Positions 50,501 through 59,000 of a stretch of DNA of 64,000 nt are shown one piece after another. The position numbers were made by a program, and so were the translations under genes. The stretch's first letter is position 1, and each line of letters starts with the position of its first letter. The stretch lies in contig MU061814.1 in the NCBI GenBank assembly GCA_013265495.1, positions 5,273,684 to 5,337,683 on the forward strand, in the 5' to 3' direction. Below the pieces are notes generated by a model. It worked only from the letters and a program-made list of their open reading frames with translations. It was not told the origin of the DNA and did no database searches. The DNA is from Vicugna vicugna. Taxonomy: Eukaryota.

Positions 50501-53500
50501 CTCTGGCCCACCCTGAACCTCTGTCTTCTCTCTGGTTTTCGTCCCCCCTCCCCCATCCAGCTCCATCTGGCTCCTCCTGAAGAACCCCACGTTCATCCTG
50601 CTCTGCCTGGCCGGGGCCACCGAGGCCACGCTCATTGCTGGCATGTCCACATTTGGCCCCAAGTTCCTGGAGTCCCAGTTCAGCCTGAGCGCCTCAGAAG
50701 CTGCCAGCTTGTTTGGTGAGAACACCCCCGAATCTTGGCAGGGCCTCTGCTTCTTCCCCAGTTCGCAAAGGCTCTTCTAGGAAGTCCCAGGCAGTGCTGC
50801 TCACATGGGGCGCACGTCCTGGCCTGTGGTCCAGCCCAGGCAGGGGCCCCAGAGCAGGGTCCTGGGCTCCTGCACAACAGCTCTGTTCCCACTTACAAAG
50901 GCCGCCCCCGGACGGGCAGAGCGGTCCTTCCCGAGGGCAGTTTGGGAAGCGCTGGTCACAGCGTGCTGACCGGCTCTCTCCACCCCCACCTCGCCACCTG
51001 GGGTCTTGGCCTTCGTCTTCCCTGGCTCGTGGCAGAAAGGGTTTGGGTGGCCGATTCCCCTGGGCTCCCTTGGACCTGGCTGTCCCCGTGGGCCCGGTGG
51101 CCAGTGTCCTGGAGTCTTCCTAGGGCTGGAGCCTGGGACCTGCCTGGCCGGAGGCGCTCTGCGGCCAGAGGCAGGCTTGTCCTACCAAGAGAGCAAGGGT
51201 CCTCCTCAAACGCCCTCTTTCGGCCCCTGGTCACAGGGTAGCCCCTTGCTGTGGGGGCGGCCACGGCCTCGTTGTGCAGGAGGTGTCGGGGGACGATCTT
51301 GGACATGAGGGCCGGGGCTACCGGTGCAAGAGGGGGCAACTGAGCAGCACAGGGTCAACCCTGGCCATCCCCTCCCCACAGGGCTCCACTCCCTGCTCGG
51401 GAGGAGGGCGTCAGGATAGGGAACCCCACCTCGCTCTAATAAATGTCCCCAGACAGCCCTCCTGGCCTGGCCTCTCAGCTGAGTGCCCCCGCGGGAGCTG
51501 CCCCCATCCCCACAGCAACCAGCATGCGCCCTGGAACAGCCACGTTCTCTGGGGTCCCCCCTTCTCCACTCCTAGAGCTGGTCTCCATCTGGGGCAACAG
51601 GGTCACTGAGCCCGGGGACTTTGAGGTCTGCTCCACTCCTGCAAGAGCCCCCCATCTGTACCCCCTCCCCAGGATGGCCTAGGAGCCACACACCAATGAA
51701 TCCCGACTTTCTACCAAAGGGCAGTGGCCACCGGCTTCTCCACATGTCTCCTTATGGTCGCGCTCCGTAGAGGCCACGGTGGGCCCAGGGACCACGATTG
51801 TCCTGGGGCCTTCCCAACAGGTTGGCAGGGGCCAATGACGGCTCCTCTTCCCTATCCTGTCCACGGCCTCTGAGCAGCTGGCCAGGTGGCTCCCCAGGCC
51901 CAGGGCCAAGGCTCCCCCAGTGCCCTGCCCTGTGCTCTGAGAGCACGGGTCAGGGTCGGGGGAACTGAGTGGGGAACCCAGCACTGCCACGTGGACGGGG
52001 ACCGATGGCTGTGGCCTCTGTTTCCCCTTCGGTAAAGCGGAAAAGAGACCCGGTGGGTTGAGTGCCCCAGCCCCACGGCTCCCCAGGACACCACTGAGCC
52101 CCTCCCTCTCCGCAGGGTACCTGGTGGTGCCTGCGGGTGGTGGAGGCACCCTCCTGGGCGGCTTCCTTGTGAACAAGCTCAAGCTCCGTGGCTCGGGCAT
52201 CATCAAGTCCTGCCTGCTCTGCACCCTGACCAGCCTGCTGGCCGTCCTCGTCTTCCTCGTGCACTGCCCCAACGTGCCCACGGCCGGCGTGACCGCCAAC
52301 TACAACGGGAGGTGAGGGCCAGGCGGCGTCCGGGTGGAGAGACCGCTACACACCTGTTGGGGCACCTGTGGTCCCTGGGGTGGGGAGACGGGGTCTGGCA
52401 CTTGGGGTGCAGTCAGTGTTTGGAGACGGTCATAGCAACGGGAGGACGCCCTTGGCGGGGTGTCCGTAGGACAACGGCCGGCCGCTCACACACCTCACCT
52501 GAGCCTCAGTCCTCTGCCCGTACACAGACAGCAGCAGCCCCAGCTCCTCTCTCCACGTGGTGGTGGATGGTGGCCCGGATCGGCCCGTGTGCTGCTGTGT
52601 TGGGGACTGAGAGGAGGCACCCGTTGGGTGTGATTTGGGAAATCTGAGCTAGACGCAGGCCACCTGGCCTGGGGCCTACGGCTGCCTCCCAGGGATTCCT
52701 TGTGGAGGCGGCAGCGTGAGGGCAGAGGGCAAGGAAGCCGCCACACCACTGTGGAGACAGCCGGACAGCCGGTGGGGAGTGGCGGGCCCTGTGCACCATG
52801 GAGAGGGTGAGGGGGCTGGTCCTCAGGCAGCTTCGAGAGATCGCTGAGCGGAACAGTGTGCACAGCGTGCTCGATCTGAGTGAGAGGAGGGAGAGAGAGT
52901 GTGATCGCTGACATGTGTGTGGACAACGATCAGTGCAGATGAGCAGCAGCCTGGGCGGGGAGGCAAGGGGTGCTGCCCGGGGCTTTGTACCTGGGGCTCG
53001 TGCGCTTTCGAGCCCTGGAATGCGCTGCCTTCCAGAAACGAGCCAGGCAGGGAAGCGCGCTGCGCGCAGCTGGAGGGTGGTTCGGGCTGGGTTTGCTCCG
53101 CTCTGAGAGCCTGCAGAGACTACGAGCAGAGGGCCATGTAGGAAGCCCTGGTCCTCGGGGTGGGGGGAGCAAACCCAGCACATATGCAAACCCGCCGTCG
53201 TGGGCCGGAGGACACCAGACCCGAGGCTGTCCTTGAGATGGGGTGCCCGCCTGGCACCAGCCTCCGCCCACCAGCGTCTCATCTCCGACCTGCAGCCTCC
53301 TGCCCGACGGCCGCCTGGAGCTGACGGCCACCTGCAATGCCGCCTGCGGCTGCTGGCCCGAACACTACCACCCCGTGTGCGGCTCCAATGGCCTCATGTA
53401 CTTCTCGCCCTGCCACGCGGGCTGCCCGGAGGCGGCCGTGCCCGGCCCGGGCGGCCAGAAGGTGAGCGCGGCCGCTGCCCGCGTTGTCCGCGCCTGCACC

Positions 53501-54880
53501 CGGGGGGCCCGGCCCTTCCTCCTGTAATCAGCGTTGTTGTTGCGGTCCCCAGGTGTACCGAGACTGTAGCTGTGTCCCTCAGAATTTTTCCTCTGGTTTT
53601 GGCCATGCTACTGCAGGGAAATGCACTTCAACTTGTCAAAGAAAGCCCCTCCTTCTGGGTTTCACATTCGTTGTAATTACCTTTACATTCCTCAGCAGCA
53701 TTCCTGCGCTAACCGCGACTTTACGGTAAGCCTGGGGCCGGGTTCTCTCTGGTCCAGAGCCTCCCCTGTGCAGCTGCAGTGGCGCCCTCCAGACCCCTGC
53801 GGGGCACGTGCCCGGCCCCGAAAGCTGTGGCAGGAAAGAGCTGACTGCCTCTATGAGGTGCTTGCCACCGGGGGAGGCGGTGACGCGGCCGGGCTGGGCC
53901 AGGACTGGGCCGCTGGCGCGGGGGTGTGGCCTGGCGAGCAGCCCGCTTCCCCCACGCTGACGCCTTGGCTTCCCGTTGCAGATGCGTCCCTGACTGGCAG
54001 AGGTCCTTTGCGCTGGGAATCCAGTGGATTGTGGTTAGAACTCTAGGTACTGTGCCGTGTGAGGGAGCCACACGCCGTCGAGCCGTGACGGGCGTGTGCC
54101 AGGGGTCTCCTCACCAAGCCGGTGTGCAGCCCGGCGGGGGCCACGCCCCCTCAGGGAAGGGTGCCATCCCCGAACAGTCCACTAGAGGGACCCATGGTGG
54201 CTTATTTGCCCAGAGGGCAGCCTTTCCTCGTGGACACGAAGGCTCCATCAGAGTCCGAGATGGGGGGACTCCACAGGCGTGGGGGCAAGTCTCCCGAGAA
54301 AGGACATCCAAGTCCGCTCAGCGCTCCCTGAGCACGCCCGTGCCGATGCCGCCGTCCTGACAGCCTGTGCCGCCTGGGTCCTGGCGCTGCCCACCCCACC
54401 CTGGCCGCCACGGGCGCGCCCGCATACTGAGTGTGCCTCTCTCCGCAGGGGGCATCCCGGGGCCCATCGCCTTCGGCTGGGTGATCGACAAGGCGTGCCT
54501 GCTCTGGCAGGGCCAGTGCGGCCAGCAGGGCTCCTGCTCTGTCTACCGGAACTCGGCCATGAGCCGGTACATGCTCATCCTGGGGCTGCTATACAAGGTG
54601 AGCAGGGCGGCGCCTCCCCGCATGCTGGAGGACGTCCCGGGGTCCAGCTCGGAGGGCGGCCATTCCCCTGGGGCCTCCCAACAGCTCACGCCCCCTGGAG
54701 CCCTGGGCCTTAGGCGTCGCTCCTGCAGCCCGGCTTCCAGGAGCGGGATCCTCCCCCGGTTCGTGCTGTCACTGTTGGGACTCTGATGATGTGATGCCAG
54801 TGGAGGGAACGGTGGGACAGGAGGCCCCGGGTCACAGGGGCTCACTCGCCAGGCCCCAGGCCCCAGGTCCCAGCAGCGGC

Positions 54881-54913
<33 letters not shown>

Positions 54914-56309
54914 ATCCAGCTCCCTCACCATCCCAGCTGGCTGGTTAGCCTGGGGCTCTGGTCAGATATGTCACTGGAGAAATACGAACCGCCCCTCCCT
55001 GCGAGAGATGCTTCTGGGGGCCTCTCCCTCCGGGCCAGGCCAGCTGGTTGGTCCACAAGCAGCAGAGCTTGTCTGTCCTTAGTTACGGCCCAATGCTTAG
55101 CCCCACCCTCTGCTCAAGCCATTGAGAGAAAATTCTGCTGTGTCTCTTGGCATATGCTATCTGAGGAGAAACACAGTATTTACATTTCGAATTCCCCCCC
55201 TTGGACGAAAAGGCACCAAACTTTCCAAATAAAATGAAGCCCTAGGGCCAGTGTGTGAGAGAGTCTGGTGTTCCTCTTTGCGCAGAGGGCGGACTCAGGA
55301 ATACTCCACTGGCAGAGCGGCTTTCCTTGAGCCTTTTCGGGAAGGGCCTCAACAACAAGGGCCTCAGCAACCCTTGGGCTTATTTCCCCGAAGATTAGCT
55401 TAAAAGTAGCCACGGGCGAGAAGGGATTTGTGAGGCTCTGGGCAAGACTGAGGGGTCAGTTTGAAGAGACGCGCCACGTGCTCAGGGAGCTGGCCCTCAC
55501 ATGACTTTTCCCTGTGTCGCCCGGTCCCTCGGCCAGAGCAGCAGGCCAGCACCCGGCGGCTGTGCGCCCAGAGAGCAACCCCTCGGGACTGGCTCCCACA
55601 ATCAGCTGGCGGCAGACGGGTCACAGGCCACAAAGTGCTAAGGGCCTCTTGTTCCTACGGCTTCAGGCCCAACAGCCAGGGGGGTGCCAGGAAACACCGT
55701 GGGGGTCCCAGTAAAGCCTGGCGCTTAGGCATCAACCATAGACCCGGACATCGGAGGCCACCACGCGCCCCCACGCTGGCGTTTTACAGGCCTCTCGTGG
55801 CTCCTGTTACCCAGGGGTCAGTGTGGTGGCTGTAGGTCGGGTAACCTCCAGTGCCGACCAGCTCTGACTTGGGCTTCTGGGACGGCCGTAACAAAGGGCC
55901 ACACACCCCGAACAACTGAGGGTCGCTCTGCCTCATGCTGGAGGCCCACGTCCACTCCCCAGGGCGCTCCAAGGGGTCTCTGCTCCCGGCCTCTCCCTCC
56001 CCTGGTCCCCGGCCATCCCTGGAGCTCCTGGGCTTTGAGAAGCGCCCCCCAACTCTGCCTCCACCGGCACGCGGCTGCCCCCGGAGTGCCTCCGTGCAGG
56101 CGCTGGGGGTAGCTCAGGGGCTCCGGCGGCTCCTCTCTCCCCAGGTCCTGGGCTTCCTCTTCTTCGCTGCCGCCTGCCTCCTGTACAAGCCCCCATCGGG
56201 GCCTTCTGACGGCCTGGAAGCGTCTCTGCCCAGCCAGTCCTTGGCCTCCGACAACCCCCTGGACCTTCAGGAGGCCCCCTCCACCCTCCAGCTCCAGAGT
56301 GACGTCTGA
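43706..56309 (+). CDS. SLCO4A1: SLCO4A1 / OATP4A1, spliced CDS join(43706-44507,45434-45524,46826-46947,47319-47430,50561-50715,52116-52311,53296-53461,53553-53725,53982-54046,54449-54597,56145-56309); 2196 nt, 731 aa
   Basis: Eleven exons joined by hand at GT-AG sites give one uninterrupted frame. It contains the OATP signature-like [11 protein letters not shown], the Kazal-like loop [25 protein letters not shown] and [19 protein letters not shown]. Internal exon sizes (91,122,112,155,196,166,173,65,149) match the human SLCO4A1 structure as recalled. Confidence 0.97.
45434..45524 (+). CDS. SLCO4A1: SLCO4A1 exon 3
   Basis: Acceptor ttcccttccag|; encodes [29 protein letters not shown]; donor CG|GTGAGC; 91 nt. 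Confidence 0.96.
45740..46290. mobile_element. MER21-like LTR remnant in intron 3
   Basis: cacaagaccacccccacttcagacgccagcc and ggaggctctccgaaccccgtc resemble MER21 segments. Confidence 0.7.
46826..46947 (+). CDS. SLCO4A1: SLCO4A1 exon 4 (OATP signature)
   Basis: Acceptor cctctcccgcag|; [40 protein letters not shown]; donor G|GTGGGT; 122 nt. Confidence 0.97.
47319..47430 (+). CDS. SLCO4A1: SLCO4A1 exon 5
   Basis: Acceptor gtcctcccag|; [36 protein letters not shown]; donor CT|GTAAGG; 112 nt. Confidence 0.95.
50561..50715 (+). CDS. SLCO4A1: SLCO4A1 exon 6
   Basis: Long pyrimidine tract and ccag|; [51 protein letters not shown]; donor G|GTGAGA; 155 nt. Confidence 0.97.
52116..52311 (+). CDS. 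SLCO4A1: SLCO4A1 exon 7
   Basis: Acceptor ccctctccgcag|; [25 protein letters not shown]...[16 protein letters not shown]; donor AG|GTGAGG; 196 nt. Confidence 0.97.
53296..53461 (+). CDS. SLCO4A1: SLCO4A1 exon 8 (Kazal-like extracellular loop 5)
   Basis: Acceptor cgacctgcag|; [43 protein letters not shown]...GQK; donor AAG|GTGAGC; 166 nt. Confidence 0.97.
53553..53725 (+). CDS. SLCO4A1: SLCO4A1 exon 9
   Basis: Acceptor ggtccccag| after a 91-nt intron; [57 protein letters not shown]; donor CG|GTAAGC; 173 nt. Confidence 0.97.
53982..54046 (+). CDS. SLCO4A1: SLCO4A1 exon 10
   Basis: Acceptor tcccgttgcag|; [21 protein letters not shown]; donor G|GTACTG; 65 nt. Confidence 0.96.
54449..54597 (+). 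CDS. SLCO4A1: SLCO4A1 exon 11
   Basis: Acceptor ctctccgcag|; [49 protein letters not shown]; donor AAG|GTGAGC; 149 nt. Confidence 0.97.
54882..54913. repeat. Poly(C)32 homopolymer in intron 11
   Basis: 32 consecutive C counted. Confidence 0.95.
56145..56309 (+). CDS. SLCO4A1: SLCO4A1 exon 12, coding part
   Basis: Acceptor ctctctccccag|; [32 protein letters not shown]...QLQSDV then TGA at 56307-56309. Confidence 0.96.
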   Translation, partial: VLGFLFFAAACLLYKPPSGPSDGLEASLPSQSLASDNPLDLQEAPSTLQLQSDV

Positions 56310-57420
56310 CAGCCCCCCGCCCGCCCAGGGGCCCGCCAGCCTCACGGCGCTTCCCGGGAACACCGTCTAAGTTCTCTCCAGGAGGGGTGACCCCTCACCG
56401 ATTGACCCCCAGCGCTGAGGACCCTGTGAGAATCTGCCACTGGATCGGGGAAGGGGGAACTGAGCCGACCGTCCCGCGTCTGAGCCTGAAAGGCACCAAG
56501 GAGAAAGCTGGAGATGCATAGGAAGGACCGCCCTGCCCCAGCCCCTTGGAGCTCAGTGGGGGGAGCGGGGGCTGGGCTCTCAGATCCGAAAGAGCAAGGC
56601 CCACAGCTGTGCCCTCCCTTCCGCCCCATCCACACCCCGCTCTTTCCCATGGACTTAGCCTGACGGTGTCCTCTGGGGCCTCAGGACCCCTGGGGCACAT
56701 TAACAGCCGTGCTTCCAAAGCGCTGCGTGCAGTTCCCACCTAACCCAGCAGGAGCTACAGAAAGCGCAGAACCACGTGCGGGCTTGCTGAGGCTCCCCGA
56801 GCGGCAACCGACGGCTCGGAGCGGCAGCCGCCCGGCGGTGTGCAAGTCCTCTCCTCTCCAGAGGAGCCGAGACGCGCTCAGCGTGGTCTTTGACGGCCCA
56901 GGGCTTGTGCGCTGTTTTCACTGGTGAAGCTGGCACTTCTGGGATCCCCTGACGGGAGGTGCAGACCCCTGCCCCCCGCCCCCCTACCGCCGTCAAGATG
57001 CTGCGTGGCCAGTGGTGCTTCTGGGCGGGGCCCCTGCACCTTGCAGCCGCCTGGCCCTGACTTCCTGTGTGTCTCCTGATGAAGAGGTGGCGGGTGTGAG
57101 GCTGTCCCCGGGGGTGCCATCCCCATGGACCCTTCTCCTTGATATGTTGTTCAAAACCTGCTGTCACCGCCTGTCCTCGGCGCCACCTGGCCCCGCTGTG
57201 GGATGGGAACCACTTGCATAAGGATGTATTTGTGGACCTATATCTGGCGTGAACATTTATTTATGGAATTTGTTTTTTACCTGATGATGCGATGAGCGTT
57301 TGTGAATCTGCCCCGAGGACATCAGGACTTGTGTGGACCGCCTGTTGCCGGTGTCCTCAGCGACAGTTGTTTGTACGTAAATATATTTTAATATTTAAAG
57401 CTTATGTTCCTTCCCGTGTG
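56310..57420 (+). other. SLCO4A1: Probable 3' UTR with AU-rich element and non-canonical polyadenylation region
   Basis: ATTTATTTA at 57255-57263; AT-rich block 57378-57400 with AATATA 57380-57385, followed by a GT/T-rich tract. The 3' end is inferred. Confidence 0.55.
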
Positions 57421-58614
57421 TTTTATTTCTACAAATCTGCGACGTTTGGCAGTCTTACCTGTCCTCCGTGTGGGCTTTTGTGAGTTTGTGCCCCAGTGTC
57501 GAGATGGGAACCCCCGGAGTGAGCCCTTGCTTGGCTGGGGTCCTCCCGGGCAGGCGTCTCCCCACCCCCCAAGGTGACCCCTCCCCCATCATGACCCGAG
57601 TGTCTCCTCCCTTCGGGGTCCAGCACCTGGGTGGACCTGGGTCCTCAGCAGAGCCTCACTTCCCTCCACTGTCATGGACCCCGGGATGCGGTCGGGATCG
57701 CCGGACGCCGCTGTCAGCATGCATGTGCACGCACACGTTCAAAAGTGACGGAGCCGCGACCAGTCTGGGCTGTGACCACATCTGCGTCGTCCCCTGAGGG
57801 CTGGAAGGTGGCCATCTGTGCTGGGCAGTTGCTTCCTGGAAGAAGCAATCCAACGCGTGGCTCTGCCCGCCAGCGGCGCGTCAAGACATTGGTGGGGCGT
57901 GACCAACGCTCAATCCCGAGTCGCTGCCTGTTGGCTGGTGCCCTCGAGTCTCATCGCATGGGGCACCTCGGGAACCCCCACTGCCTCCTCTAGGGAGGCC
58001 CCCCCAGGCATCAGGGATGAATTTTGGCTCTGATCTGGATGGGGGTCCCCGGGCACCAACTCTGCGTGAGCTCTGAGCCCGCCCCCAGCCCCACCCCGCC
58101 CAGGTGGGTGCCTGGGAGCCCAGAGGAGCCACAGCTGCGGCCGTGGACCCAGGGGGCAACACAGACACCTTCTGGGGGCAGGATCCCCTGACTCCAGCCC
58201 CAGCTGCTCACCCGCCCACGTGACCCAAGACCCCCCCACCCAGCTGGCGCCCCTCCCCAACAAGTGCAGGCTGGAGCAAACCTGGTCTCTTCCTGCCACT
58301 CCCCTGAGACGTGAGCTGGACGCGAATCCTTTCTCGAATCCTGACCCGGCCACGTCGATTTGCCGGAACTGAGCAGGGCCTGGGTTTCAGCAAGAGACAA
58401 ACAGGCTCCCCGCCTGATGCCAACTTCAGAGAATTAACTGAGCGCCTGCTCCACTCCAGAGCCTGAGAGCTTGACAGCCGGGCCTGGGGCCACCCCCCCC
58501 CGGTGGGGCGGGGCCTGGGGGCCTGGCAAAAGCCTGTGCTTCTGAATGTCTTTGCCCGTGAAAGGGGCGTGTCTGTGGTGTGTGGATATACTTATTAAAA
58601 GTCACATTTTTAGG

Positions 58615-59000
58615 AAAAAACAGATTTATTGAAATATAAACCACACGCATGTAAGTCACCGTCGAAGGCTCCAGTTCAGTGGGGTTTAGCACGTTCAGAG
58701 CTGGGCACCCGTCACCGCGGTCAAATGGAACTTTCCATTACGGCAAAAAGAACCTCCATCAGCCTTCGGCCGGCTCCCCTCCTGCTGCGGACCGCGGGCC
58801 TCGCCCAGTCTCCACCTGCCGGTTCTGGGCGCGTCCTACCAAGGGCTGCTCTCGCTGCTTGGCCTGCGTGTCTGCTTCCTTCCCTGAGCGCCACGTTTCG
58901 AGTTTCCTCCACGTTGTTTGGGTGTCGGTGCTTTAGTCCTCATCAAGGCCAATTAATATTCCTCTGTACGGACAGACCGCATTTTGTAAATCCCGTTATT
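58615..59000 (-). mobile_element. L1MB-type 3' end, antisense, strongly GC-shifted
   Basis: tttattgaaatataa...ttcagtggggtttagc...gtcaccgcggtcaaatggaactttccattacggcaaaaagaacc follows the L1MB 3' terminus. Confidence 0.78.

Noticed and set aside
53462-53552. Intron 8 as a mirtron
   Set aside because: Only about 6 bp of end-to-end pairing (GGCCGC/GCGGTC); no extended hairpin.
57176-57195. Reverse CTCF-like core CCAGGTGGCGC in the 3' UTR
   Set aside because: The upstream CC[A/G] positions of the motif are missing; too weak to call.
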